From the IMG/VR virus record IMGVR_UViG_3300013902_000028, positions 1-38,953 of that record: a stretch of DNA of 38,953 bases, one strand, 5' to 3'. The notes beneath the pieces were generated by a model. It was not told the DNA's origin, searched no databases, and saw only the letters and a program-made list of their open reading frames with translations. Within the stretch, counting starts at the first letter, position 1. Each line of letters begins with the position of its first letter. The translations under genes and the position numbers were made by a program. Shown in pieces: positions 1 through 8,914 of the stretch. Origin of the DNA: a virus.

Positions 1-7
1 TGTATAT

Positions 8-475
8 GGGAAAGGAGGGGGGATGAGGGGAAACGAGGGGGGATGAAAGGGGATGAAAGGAGGAGAACAGAGGGAAAAACAGAGGGAAATCGGAAGGAAA
101 GCGGAGAAAAAAGAGAGGGAAATCGGAGGGGAACCGGAGGGGAACCGGAGGGGAACCGGGGAAACGGGACGCAGGGGAGGGGACGGGACGCAGGGAGGAG
201 GGAGCGGACAGGAAGGAGCGGAGCGAAGAGGAGAGGACGGAGAGATCTAGAAGGAATAAGGGGAGAGGAAGGCGCATCCTCCGCCTCTGGCACATGCGAT
301 ATCGGAGGAGGGCGGGGAAGGGATGGAGGAGAGATGGAGGAGAGATGGAAGAAGGCGGGGAGGGGATGGAAGGAGAGGAGGAATGGAAGGAAACAGGGAA
401 AAACGGGGAAAAACGGGGAAAAACGGGGAAAAACGGGGCGAAACGAGGGGGAGGAGGGAGGGAAAAGGGGGGATT
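8..475 (+). repeat. Purine-rich low-complexity tract with G-runs
   Basis: Almost entirely G/A on the + strand; GGAGGGGAACC-type repeats near 125-160; overlapping ORFs are compositional artefacts. Confidence 0.9.
391..450 (+). repeat. 10-bp tandem repeat AAACGGGGAA (3 perfect copies at 401-430 plus degenerate flanking copies)
   Basis: aaacagggaa aaacggggaa aaacggggaa aaacggggaa aaacggggcg aaacgagggg read directly. Confidence 0.95.
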
Positions 476-502
476 GATGTATGTGATGTATGTGATGTAT
501 GT
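475..502 (+). repeat. 9-bp tandem repeat TGATGTATG x3
   Basis: Read directly; followed by a T-run and a TATATAAA at 539-546. Confidence 0.9.
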
Positions 503-1291
503 TCTTTTTTTCTTTTAAAGGGGAGGGGAGGGAAGTAGTATATAAAGATATAGGTATACACATACACACACATGAGAAGAGTTTCGGAATTTCACATGCA
601 TCACATGCATCAACCTGCATCACGTACTGTTTCGGTATCCGAATCCCGGCGGCCTTGCGTATCTATCGCGCGCGCCCGTTGCGCATGATTATATACGCGC
701 ACGCGCATCTCTATAAGCGCGGAGTCGGTGCGGCCGAAGGGTCGTCCCGCCATGATATCCCCGGCTCCGCCGCCCCTTTCTTAGTCGCGTACATGGGCGT
801 GCGTTCCTACTACGCGCGCGAGTGCGTTGCGGCACTCGACGCCGACGGCTCGGTGCGAATTTCCGTTTCCTGCCCCTTTGCAGGCGTTTTACGGGACTTT
901 CTCGGCTCAAAGGTATCCCACATCCTCTTGCGTCCCGTTCGTGGCAGGAAGGGGCGTTTCCGTGCGTTTCGCCTGCTGCCGCCCCGCCGACGGGGGGAAG
1001 GGGCTCCGGGACGGCCCTCCGAGGCCGGTTCGGGGTCGAAGCAGTTGGATGATATACGATTTCCGTGCATCAACTCACATACCCTTTTCGACCGCGACTT
1101 CTCCGGCCCCGTCGTCCCCGAGGCTTTCGAATGCATCATGCGGATGCATCGGATTCGGCTCGAAAGGGGCTCGAAGCATGCATCCATCCATGTTCATCCA
1201 ACCTCTCGTTGGACGTTTGCTTTATATACAAGTTTCAATTTAAACCCCTGTTAACTTTCTCTATTCCGTACAACAGGCGGATGTATCGTTC

Positions 1292-1588
1292 TCATTCTCC
1301 CCTCTCTTCCGCCTCTGTCTCCGATCCCGGGGGCGGGACCGTCTCCGCGATGCCTTCCGCTCCGCATGCCCCACCCCCGGGGGAGAGGGGACCCCACCCT
1401 CCGCCTGCTCCCGGGATCGATGCGCAGGAGGAAGAGGATGCGGATGACGGGATGGGATCGACGGAGGACCGAACCCCGTCGGCGCGCCGTTCCCTCGGGA
1501 ACGCCGTTCCCCCGAGAGGGGGGAGGATGATGGAAGAACGATGGAAGCTGTTTGCCCCCGTCGCGGACGACGGGGGGGGAGGAGGCAT
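1292..1588 (-). CDS. Possible Pro/Ser/Gly-rich 98-aa hypothetical protein
   Basis: ATG overlaps the methyltransferase stop (TGATG) and the ORF ends EAEERGE-TGA like other genes of this cluster, but it is low complexity. Confidence 0.2.
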   Translation of the reverse strand: MPPPPPSSATGANSFHRSSIILPPLGGTAFPRERRADGVRSSVDPIPSSASSSSCASIPGAGGGWGPLSPGGGACGAEGIAETVPPPGSETEAEERGE

Positions 1589-2907
1589 CAAGGGGTTCTG
1601 AGGAACTCCTTGAAGATCGCCTTCAGGCACGGCACGGCTATCGAATTCCCCGCCTGCTTGTACAGCTGCGTGTCGCTGGTAGGAACGGCCTTCGCCTTCA
1701 TGAATGCTTCGTCGGAGAAGCCCTGGAGGCGCCAGCATTCGAGGGCGGTGAGGTACCTGATGCGGAGGTGTCCCTCGATGGCCTCGGCGATGCCGTGACG
1801 GTCCTGCGTGGTGATCGTGAAGGACGGCTCATCGGGGTTCTTGAACCTCCTGCCATGCTGCCTCTTCTTCTCCCTGCCGGGAGTGAGCATGGCGCACACA
1901 TCGCCGTCGTGCATCTCGGGAGGCATCTCTTTCATCATCGTCCCTCTCGCCGTCAGCGGACGGGTCATCACCAGCCCGTCGCCGTCGGACGCCTCCATCC
2001 AGCCCTTGCGGGTCCCGCTGGGCCATCTGATCCTCGGCATATGCCCTCCGCCTCCGGGCGTCACCACCGTCGGGGATATCCCCTCGGGGTCGTAGACGCG
2101 GGAGGAGGACTCGTGTCCGGGAAGGTTGAGGCTCCCGCACTGTATGAGCATGTTCGAGTACTGCCTGTCCGCACTCGTCGTCACCGCCTTGGCGACCTCG
2201 GAGCCGTCCGTCGGGTTCCAGCCGAAGCCGTTGCCCGCAGCCTTGCACCGTTCGTAATGCTCCTCGTACTTCGAGATCCTCTCGGGAGACAGCCAGCACT
2301 TGGCAGGCACGTCCTCGGGCGGTTCGAGGACATCCTTCAGCACGCGTCCGTCGGGACAGGGTGCAGGGAACTCGAAGCTCCCGTGATGGAGCGAGGCGAC
2401 CATGAAGAACCTCTTCCTGTTCTGGGGGACGCCGTAGTCCTTGGCGTTGAGGATCGCATAGGACACGGTGTAGCCCATGCCTTCGAGGATGGATATCATC
2501 CTGTCGAGTTCGGGCTTGTTCTTCTTGTGCAGGACCGCGTAGACGTTCTCCGCGCAGAGATACTCGGGGAGGGTGCCCTCGGCCTCCGCCACGCGGAGGA
2601 GGCGGATCACCTCCCAGAGGAGGGAGGATGTCGTTCCCGACCCCTCGACCATCCCTTTCTGCGATCCGGCCTGTGAAACCGACTGGCAGGGCCAGGAAAA
2701 GAATACGAGGTCCGCCTCGGGCAGACGCTCCACCTTCGTGATGTCCCCGAGGTTCGGCGTCGGTCCGTGGATGGCGCAGTACGACGCGTACGCCTTCGGA
2801 TCTATCTCGCATACCGTGGACTCGAACGGTATGCCCAGCTCTTCGAGGGCCTGCGCCTGCGCGCCTATGCCCGCGAAGAGTTCGATCACCTTCAGCTTCT
2901 CATTCAT
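1588..2907 (-). CDS. dcm: DNA (cytosine-5)-methyltransferase, 439 aa
   Basis: Motif I ELFAGIG, catalytic PCQ, ENV, PQNRKR, motif IX RYLTALECWRLQGF, motif X QLYKQAGNSI. Confidence 0.97.
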   Translation of the reverse strand: MNEKLKVIELFAGIGAQAQALEELGIPFESTVCEIDPKAYASYCAIHGPTPNLGDITKVERLPEADLVFFSWPCQSVSQAGSQKGMVEGSGTTSSLLWEVIRLLRVAEAEGTLPEYLCAENVYAVLHKKNKPELDRMISILEGMGYTVSYAILNAKDYGVPQNRKRFFMVASLHHGSFEFPAPCPDGRVLKDVLEPPEDVPAKCWLSPERISKYEEHYERCKAAGNGFGWNPTDGSEVAKAVTTSADRQYSNMLIQCGSLNLPGHESSSRVYDPEGISPTVVTPGGGGHMPRIRWPSGTRKGWMEASDGDGLVMTRPLTARGTMMKEMPPEMHDGDVCAMLTPGREKKRQHGRRFKNPDEPSFTITTQDRHGIAEAIEGHLRIRYLTALECWRLQGFSDEAFMKAKAVPTSDTQLYKQAGNSIAVPCLKAIFKEFLRTP

Positions 2908-3242
2908 TCCTCTTCCTCCTTCTCTCCGATCTCATTCCTCAGCAGCTCGGACCACCTCTCGGAATAGATCCAAGGCGCATCCTGCAGCTCATCGTCCTTC
3001 AGTCCGCGGCAGTCGCGCACCTCGTCGCAGTACAGAAGCATCGTGACGTCCCCGAGGGTTGCCTGCACCGCGATCGTGGGCCTGCATACCTCGATGGACA
3101 CCTCGTCCGCGCACAGGCCGGCGATGGGATCGTAATCGACATCCTCCGGCCTGTTCGACCTGTTGACCATTATGATCTCTATGCGGCCGTCGGAGAGATC
3201 CGCGAGGGTCATCTGCGTCCACACATCTCCGTTCTGCATCAT
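2904..3242 (-). CDS. Hypothetical protein, 112 aa, EEEE tail
   Basis: SD plus ATGA overlaps at both ends; protein-like composition. Start trimmed from the ORF track. Confidence 0.75.
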   Translation of the reverse strand: MMQNGDVWTQMTLADLSDGRIEIIMVNRSNRPEDVDYDPIAGLCADEVSIEVCRPTIAVQATLGDVTMLLYCDEVRDCRGLKDDELQDAPWIYSERWSELLRNEIGEKEEEE

Positions 3243-3382
3243 TCCTCTTCCTCCAGATCCATAAGATATCCGTCTGTTCCGCAGACAGGGCAGCCCTTGA
3301 ACCATTCGTCCTCGTCCTTCATGAGAGCCAATTCCGAATCGCTTCCGAAGACCCTCATGCACATATCGCATCTGCAGCTCAT
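3239..3382 (-). CDS. Small Zn-finger-like protein (CDMC...CPVC), 47 aa
   Basis: Two CxxC pairs; ATGA-coupled at both ends. Confidence 0.7.
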   Translation of the reverse strand: MSCRCDMCMRVFGSDSELALMKDEDEWFKGCPVCGTDGYLMDLEEEE

Positions 3383-3597
3383 TCCTCTTCCTCCGTGTAG
3401 TCCTTGATGCACCTTCCTTCGGGGTCGCATACCATGTACACCCCTCCGCATCTCCTGTCCCTGTACCGCCTGCGGTTCGCTTCGGTCATGCGGCTCCATC
3501 TGCGGTCCGCAAGGTCGAGGGCCTCCTCGGCGGTGTCGAACCTCATGATGTCTCCGCAGTTGCCGTTGTACCACTCCAGCGAGAATCCCCTGTCCAT
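3379..3597 (-). CDS. Hypothetical protein, 72 aa
   Basis: SD upstream; EEEE-TGA/ATG junction downstream. Confidence 0.75.
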   Translation of the reverse strand: MDRGFSLEWYNGNCGDIMRFDTAEEALDLADRRWSRMTEANRRRYRDRRCGGVYMVCDPEGRCIKDYTEEEE

Positions 3598-3598
3598 C

Positions 3599-4306
3599 TC
3601 ACTCGCCCTCCTCTATGGTTTCCTCATAGCGTCCGTTGTCGTCCAGCCTGTCCAGCGGTCCGTCGCATTCGCGCCAGAATATCGACGTCGGTGACATCAG
3701 CGGACCGATGAACCTTGCGACGTCGTCGCTCTCCGCTTCGAACTTTGCATATGCGCAGTACTTGAAATATTGCCTGTACGTCCTCCTCGGCAGGCCGTCC
3801 ACGACCCTGTAGACGATGCCGCTGTCATCCTCCGTCTCGGTCGCGTGCGCCGCCACCTCATCTCTCAGGTCCTCCGCGTTCGCGTCGGCGCATCCGTCCG
3901 TATGCACCATGAGGGACAATCCGAGGTCCAGCATGACCTCGAACATCCCGTCCTCGCACGCGTTCACGCTCGCTATGTCCATCAGCTCCCTGAGCGTCCT
4001 CCTGTCCATCTTCCCGGCCGTGTCGTCCACCTTCGCCGCTCCGAGAAGCGGAGAGCCTTCATCCTCGGTCTCCGTCGCGCGGATGCCCATGCTGGTGAGC
4101 GTGCATATGATGAAGCTCGCCCAGCCGTTGCTCTCGGTGAGCCTGTCGTCCATATCGATGAGCTTCAGGCCCGACGTCCTCCGCTCCCATTCGAGAGCGG
4201 CCTTCTCGACCTTCCGCCTGTCCTCCGCGCTCGCGTCCGCATAGCGGACCATCGCGTCGCTCACACTGTCGCAGTACCTGCAGAATATCCTGTACTCTAT
4301 CGCCAT
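3599..4306 (-). CDS. Hypothetical protein, about 235 aa
   Basis: AGGAGATGATTGCAATG start context; acidic composition; start trimmed. Confidence 0.8.
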   Translation of the reverse strand: MAIEYRIFCRYCDSVSDAMVRYADASAEDRRKVEKAALEWERRTSGLKLIDMDDRLTESNGWASFIICTLTSMGIRATETEDEGSPLLGAAKVDDTAGKMDRRTLRELMDIASVNACEDGMFEVMLDLGLSLMVHTDGCADANAEDLRDEVAAHATETEDDSGIVYRVVDGLPRRTYRQYFKYCAYAKFEAESDDVARFIGPLMSPTSIFWRECDGPLDRLDDNGRYEETIEEGE

Positions 4307-4350
4307 TGCAATCATCTCCTGTATATGATAAGGGGTTTGGAGAAGAGGTT

Positions 4351-4605
4351 TCAGCGGATGAGCCGAACCGTCGGCTCGCATTCCCTGTACATCCGCTCCT
4401 TCATGCGCTGGTATCCGCCTTCGACGAGGATGGCTTCTCTGAATTCCTCGCGCGGTACACGCCGTTCCAGCGCGTACCTGTGCCCGTTGTAGTGGTAGCA
4501 CTGCGCGTACACCATGTACTCGTCTTCGACACGCGTATCCAACGGCAGCCCAGGGCTGCCTTTGGACCTTATCTCGTGAGCGTCGTATGTCACGTCTCCG
4601 TACAT
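4351..4605 (-). CDS. Hypothetical protein, 84 aa
   Basis: AGGAG SD upstream; codon use matches neighbours. Confidence 0.7.
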   Translation of the reverse strand: MYGDVTYDAHEIRSKGSPGLPLDTRVEDEYMVYAQCYHYNGHRYALERRVPREEFREAILVEGGYQRMKERMYRECEPTVRLIR

Positions 4606-4657
4606 CCTATTCTCCTATGGTATATCGCATTCGTGTATTTAATGCTCTCCGTCCCCG

Positions 4658-4840
4658 TCGCCATGCGGTATCCTCGGGAACCGCCAGCCATACCGTGCGC
4701 TCGCTCCCGTCCTCGAACGGGCTGACGATGCGCGCTCCTCCGAGGTCCTCCGCCTGCTCGACGAAGCTCTCCATCCTGTCCCTGGTGCAGTTCACAGCCG
4801 CCAGCACCACAGGCGGATCGCACATCGCCACAACCTTCAC
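4658..4840 (-). CDS. Hypothetical protein, about 60 aa, ending at CGA (standard code would extend to TAG at 4607)
   Basis: Protein-like up to AVPEDTAW, then CGA and a tail with two more CGA. GTG start is uncertain. Confidence 0.5.
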
Positions 4841-4970
4841 GATGTATCTGTCGCCTCCATGGTCCTATCCACGTTCTCATCTCCTTCCGTGTATCGCTCG
4901 GTCGCGGGTCGGTCGGCTTGCGCCGGCCGGCCATTCGCGCCTGCGCGCGGGGGGAACCGCGCGCTCCGCC

Positions 4971-5141
4971 TTACCGCCTGTATCTCTGCTCGGCGGTTTC
5001 GAGATAGCAGCCCTCGGATGCCATCTCGCGCCTTACATCGTCCTCGATGTCCTCGTGCGAACGCCTGTCGAATCCCGTCTGGCGGTTGTAGATGCCGTTG
5101 ACGACATCCTGTATCTCGCACCATGTGACGCAGCCTGCCAT
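4971..5141 (-). CDS. Hypothetical protein, 56 aa (MAGCVTWCEIQDVVNGIYNRQ...)
   Basis: Below the ORF-track cutoff; GAGGAGG SD 6 nt before the ATG; TAA stop; followed by a GC hairpin. Confidence 0.7.
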   Translation of the reverse strand: MAGCVTWCEIQDVVNGIYNRQTGFDRRSHEDIEDDVRREMASEGCYLETAEQRYRR

Positions 5142-5152
5142 GTCTTCCCTCC

Positions 5153-5452
5153 TCGCAGGATGTCCAGCATCTCCGGCCTTGTCCAGACGTCTATGGCGGC
5201 CTGCTTCAGCGCGGCCGTCATGCTCATCCTCTCATTGCATGAGCGGTACATATTGGCCGCCGTATCCACCCTCTTCTCCTCGGGCGGATGGTTGATGGTC
5301 CATGAGTTCTGGTCGAGATACTGGGATGTCCACACCCATATCTCGCCCTTCTCGTCACGGCTGGACCATACCTCCTGATGGAATCCTCTCGGCGTCCGCA
5401 TCAGCTCTCCGACCGCCTGCTTCACTCCATGCACCTTGATATCCCTGCTCAT
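5153..5452 (-). CDS. Hypothetical protein, 99 aa, ending at CGA (standard code would run to 5033 through the next gene)
   Basis: GGAGGATTGAGATG start; the first in-frame CGA overlaps the SD of the next gene. Confidence 0.7.
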
Positions 5453-5453
5453 C

Positions 5454-5834
5454 TCAATCCTCCTCCTCATCCTCGTACTCGGTGTACAGCCATCCGCATC
5501 CTCCGCTCGCCATCCTGTAGATATGGCACCTGTCAACCGCTATCAGCCCGACATCCATCCAGATGTCTCTGTCGTCCGGATGTCTGATGTCCACGACGGT
5601 CAGCCCGATGTTCAGGCCGTCGGGGTTCTGCTCGCACAGTATCTGGCACAGGCGGGCCATGCCGTAGCACGAGTCCCTATCCGTGTCGCGGTACTCGCGG
5701 CGTCTCAGCTCCTTCAGCGCATCATCCAGCGCATCCCTGTCGAACCAGTGGACATAGATGGCCGAAACCAGTCCCCTGCCCTCATCCACATCGCTCTTCG
5801 CTACTATCCATGCTCTGTTTCCCATTCTGCTCAT
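5454..5834 (-). CDS. Phage/MGE hypothetical protein (MGNRA...IYVHW...YGMARLCQ type), 126 aa
   Basis: Motif pattern recalled from unannotated phage proteins (not searched); coupled junctions. Confidence 0.75.
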   Translation of the reverse strand: MSRMGNRAWIVAKSDVDEGRGLVSAIYVHWFDRDALDDALKELRRREYRDTDRDSCYGMARLCQILCEQNPDGLNIGLTVVDIRHPDDRDIWMDVGLIAVDRCHIYRMASGGCGWLYTEYEDEEED

Positions 5835-5983
5835 CTCCTGCTGTTCTCGAATCTGTTTCTTGAAGAGGTTTGCACGGGCACCACGCTATCCGATGCCCGA
5901 CAGTCCCGACAGTACTGCGACGACCACCAGGCACCGCAGTACATACACCTATAACGTGTACGTGTATTTGAATCCTCCTTCAT
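5831..5983 (-). CDS. Small Zn-finger-like protein (CMYC...CRDC), 50 aa
   Basis: Two CxxC pairs; ATGA overlaps at both ends. Confidence 0.55.
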   Translation of the reverse strand: MKEDSNTRTRYRCMYCGAWWSSQYCRDCRASDSVVPVQTSSRNRFENSRR

Positions 5984-6207
5984 GCCCTCATCGCCTCGTC
6001 GAGATGGATGCGTCCGAACGGGGTGCGGATATACCAGCGTCCTCCTGCCGTCTCGTATATCCTCGCCTTCAGTATGCGGCCGCGATCGTCCGTGTATCTG
6101 TACCACAGGCGCGGATACGGGTCAGGGGTCAGGTCCATGGCTTCTATGCCCAGGTCTGCGACGACATGGAAGGTTGCGAACGGCTCCTCCGGAATGTCTG
6201 CGTGCAT
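5980..6207 (-). CDS. Hypothetical protein, 75 aa, paralog of 7588-7809
   Basis: Shares KARIYETAGGR.YIRTP.GRIHLDE.MR with the 7588 gene; SD present. Confidence 0.85.
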   Translation of the reverse strand: MHADIPEEPFATFHVVADLGIEAMDLTPDPYPRLWYRYTDDRGRILKARIYETAGGRWYIRTPFGRIHLDEAMRA

Positions 6208-6208
6208 C

Positions 6209-6610
6209 TCAATCATCCTCCTGTTCGGGCCTGCGCGCCTTCGCCGTCTTCGTGTACGCCTTGACGTTCACGAGATGGAATCCCAGGCGGTTGGATACAT
6301 GGCCGTTCCATATCTTCCCGTCCAGCCACCGCCTGCCGGCCGCGGATACCGCGCGCACGGTCCACACGTTCGTACCGTCGTGATGGTATGACTTGGCCCC
6401 CAGCGTTCCCTTGGACGTCAGGAAATACTCCACCTCGTCTATTCCGCGGCCCGTCCATACGGCCTGTTCGAAACCGCCTGCGTCGCCTACCAGCATCCCC
6501 GTGGTCCGGAAACCGTCCCACGCGTCTATCAGTCCGCATAGGACCAGCGGGCCGTTCGCGGCCATGTCGTCGATGCACGCCATCGCCTGCTCGCTTGTCA
6601 GTGTCTGCAT
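6209..6610 (-). CDS. Hypothetical protein with HHDGTN motif, 133 aa
   Basis: SD AGGAGGATGATTGAGATG; the motif is recalled from MGE proteins of unknown function (not searched). Confidence 0.75.
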   Translation of the reverse strand: MQTLTSEQAMACIDDMAANGPLVLCGLIDAWDGFRTTGMLVGDAGGFEQAVWTGRGIDEVEYFLTSKGTLGAKSYHHDGTNVWTVRAVSAAGRRWLDGKIWNGHVSNRLGFHLVNVKAYTKTAKARRPEQEDD

Positions 6611-6611
6611 C

Positions 6612-6791
6612 TCAATCATCCTCCTGTTCGGCGTCGCGCTCGACATAGTATTCGCGTGCGTCGTGGTACCGCCTGTCCGCGTCGCGCTCGTGCGTGTCGC
6701 GGTCCCATTCCCATGCGGCCGCGGCCTCTCTGTCCCTCTCGGCCAGCTCGGCCATGTCCTGTTCGTATCTCATCTGCGCTATCGTCTTCAT
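6612..6791 (-). CDS. Charged helical hypothetical protein, 59 aa
   Basis: AAGGAG SD; ends QEDD in the duplicated junction cassette. Confidence 0.7.
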   Translation of the reverse strand: MKTIAQMRYEQDMAELAERDREAAAAWEWDRDTHERDADRRYHDAREYYVERDAEQEDD

Positions 6792-6841
6792 TGTCGCTAT
6801 CTCCTTGGGTTGTGTTGCGGGGTTTCCACCCCGCGGGGTAT

Positions 6842-7489
6842 TCATAGGATGGTCTGGAACTCCTTGGATTTGGGCCCGTGGTATCTCAAAGCGATACGCC
6901 TGACCGTCGGCTGGCTGGCGTGCCAGTCGTCTTTTGAGCCGTCCACCCAGCCAGAAGGCAGCTCGAAGTCCTTAGGGACCACGATGGCCTGGCGGTCCGA
7001 GTCCTCGATAAGAAGGTCTTCGAGTCCGCCGTAGCTCAGGACGATCGTGAGGTTCGGGGGGAACGACGCGCTCATCTCGTGAACCATCCTCACCATTTTC
7101 GAGAATGCGTAGAACTGGATGGTAGGATGTTTCCTGGCCAGCTCCATCCAGCCCTTCAGATAGGCCCGATTGAAGAAGTCTCCGCTGTCATGAATCCGTA
7201 CATAGGGCTTCAAGTCCAGCGTCTCGGCCTGGGCCTCCATCGCCGTCAATTCCCCATCCAGCATTTTCCATAGGGTACCCTTGAAGTACATGACCAGGTT
7301 CTCCATGTGGCCCTTGGATGCCAACTTCATACGGCCGTTGCACGCGTAGCAGCCCTTTTTACACTCGCCTGCATTCGGGCAGGTCAGGCCAGCGGGCATA
7401 CTGAACGACTTGAGCAGTATATCGGGATGCTTTGCCATAGTGGCCTTCATCTTCGTGTTTCCAGTACTCAGCGCATTTTTGAAACTCAT
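6842..7489 (-). CDS. GP88-family protein (Cys-cluster, radical-SAM-like), 215 aa
   Basis: SFSMPAGLTCPNAGECKKGCYAC and VRIHDSGDF match the remembered GP88 (mycobacteriophage gene product 88) signature. Confidence 0.8.
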   Translation of the reverse strand: MSFKNALSTGNTKMKATMAKHPDILLKSFSMPAGLTCPNAGECKKGCYACNGRMKLASKGHMENLVMYFKGTLWKMLDGELTAMEAQAETLDLKPYVRIHDSGDFFNRAYLKGWMELARKHPTIQFYAFSKMVRMVHEMSASFPPNLTIVLSYGGLEDLLIEDSDRQAIVVPKDFELPSGWVDGSKDDWHASQPTVRRIALRYHGPKSKEFQTIL

Positions 7490-7587
7490 TTCAATCTCTC
7501 CTATTCTTTTTCATGAAGTCGTTTGATGTTGTCGGTTATAGATTGGGGCCCGCGTTCCCTCATCGTCGTCGGACCCCGTTCAATCAT

Positions 7588-7809
7588 TCAGCACCTCATG
7601 CACTCATCCAAGTGGATGCGTCCTGTCGGCGTGCGGATGTACATACGTCCTCCTGCCGTCTCGTAGATTCTGGCCTTATGGATGTATGCACACCCAGAGT
7701 ATCTGTAGATGATGCGGTCATTCATCCCGCATTCAATCTTTAGAATCTCGATGCCCATGTCCGCAAAGATGCGGTAGATTGCTATCGGCTGGGTATAATC
7801 CGTGTTCAT
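7588..7809 (-). CDS. Hypothetical protein, 73 aa, paralog of 5980-6207
   Basis: Near-identical C-terminal about 28 aa to the 5980 gene. Confidence 0.85.
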   Translation of the reverse strand: MNTDYTQPIAIYRIFADMGIEILKIECGMNDRIIYRYSGCAYIHKARIYETAGGRMYIRTPTGRIHLDECMRC

Positions 7810-7811
7810 CT

Positions 7812-8096
7812 TCAGCACCCCCATCCGCTGGGCCTCGTCTCATGCTCGGCCTCTCTCAGCAACTCGCGGATGTCCGCGTCCGAGATATCCGACGGCATTC
7901 CAGAATCCCATTCGGCGACGTCCTCAGAGTTGAATTGATGCCATGGGTAGCCCTTCATGAGCCTGTCGTTCGCGGTCCTCGAATAAGGCCCGTAGACGGT
8001 GATATCTCCGCTGTCGCTGTCATAGATGGCTGTGAACCCTAGATTGGTTCTGAACTTGATGCCCCTCGTTGCGCTGGGTGATATCCTTACAGCCAT
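7812..8096 (-). CDS. Hypothetical protein, 94 aa
   Basis: GAGGGGGG SD; abuts both neighbours. Confidence 0.7.
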   Translation of the reverse strand: MAVRISPSATRGIKFRTNLGFTAIYDSDSGDITVYGPYSRTANDRLMKGYPWHQFNSEDVAEWDSGMPSDISDADIRELLREAEHETRPSGWGC

Positions 8097-8420
8097 TCAG
8101 TTCCCCCCCTCATCGACCCACACGGACCCGATAACCATATCCGCGTATGCATCGTACGCGTCGTCATGCGTGTAGTCGTAGTGGCCGTTCGACCAGCACG
8201 GCACGTACTCGTCGGCCTTGGAATCCCAGTAGAAACCGAACCCGACGCCAATCACGTAGCCGTGGCGCGCCTGAGCCAGTGCTATCAGCTCACAGTCGGA
8301 TGAAAACCCGACCTTTAGGACGCGCATACCGCATACGTTCACCTTATCGCGTTCAGCCAGCATATCGATTGTCGCGCCTATCGTCTGCAAATCCGTAGCC
8401 AATCCAGTAATCATATCCAT
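8097..8420 (-). CDS. Hypothetical protein, 107 aa
   Basis: AGGAGGT SD directly upstream. Confidence 0.75.
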   Translation of the reverse strand: MDMITGLATDLQTIGATIDMLAERDKVNVCGMRVLKVGFSSDCELIALAQARHGYVIGVGFGFYWDSKADEYVPCWSNGHYDYTHDDAYDAYADMVIGSVWVDEGGN

Positions 8421-8445
8421 TACCTCCTATTGATGTGCAAAGGGT

Positions 8446-8661
8446 TTAGTACTCGGCTCCTAGCAGTTTGCACGCGGTTCTGATTGCGCGCGCTCTTACG
8501 TCCTTAGGGACATAATAGAACATGAGATTGTGGATAAGGAACCCGTCCTCAGCCCACATTTCATGGCCTATCTTATCGGGTCCGATGAGCTCAACAGTGT
8601 TGTGAAGGTCGGGATGGGTAACGAATCTCCATCCGCGGATAGTCCACAGAGTTTCACTCAT
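8446..8661 (-). CDS. Hypothetical protein, 71 aa
   Basis: 8-nt ATGAGTGA overlap with the upstream gene. Confidence 0.7.
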   Translation of the reverse strand: MSETLWTIRGWRFVTHPDLHNTVELIGPDKIGHEMWAEDGFLIHNLMFYYVPKDVRARAIRTACKLLGAEY

Positions 8662-8863
8662 CGTCATCATCCCCATCGTCGGCGTTCCAGTCCTCACATA
8701 GAACGCGGTAGTTCAGGCACTCGTTGCCGATCCACATGACCGCATCGCCCATTCCCCAGTCCGAATCATGTGTTTCGAGGACGGTATCGTCGTCGTCGAA
8801 ATAGGACAACGAATCCAGTAAATCGTTTACAATTTCACGCATCTTACCTACAGTAACTGCCAT
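8654..8863 (-). CDS. Acidic hypothetical protein, 69 aa
   Basis: GGAGGTTGATTGAAATG start context. Confidence 0.75.
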   Translation of the reverse strand: MAVTVGKMREIVNDLLDSLSYFDDDDTVLETHDSDWGMGDAVMWIGNECLNYRVLCEDWNADDGDDDDE

Positions 8864-8914
8864 TTCAATCAACCTCCAAGTTGAAATACGGGGGACACCC
8901 CCCCGCGGGGTTTT

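Noticed and set aside
391-502. Possible CRISPR or mini-array
   Set aside because: Repeats are 9-10 bp, head-to-tail, with no spacers.
43-573. Gly/Arg/Glu-rich ORFs over the purine tract and their antisense partner
   Set aside because: Purine-only sequence cannot form stop codons; translations are low complexity.
4840-4885. Possible pyrrolysine (TAG) read-through at the start of the 4658-4840 gene
   Set aside because: An in-frame TGA lies three codons upstream of the TAG with no start between them.
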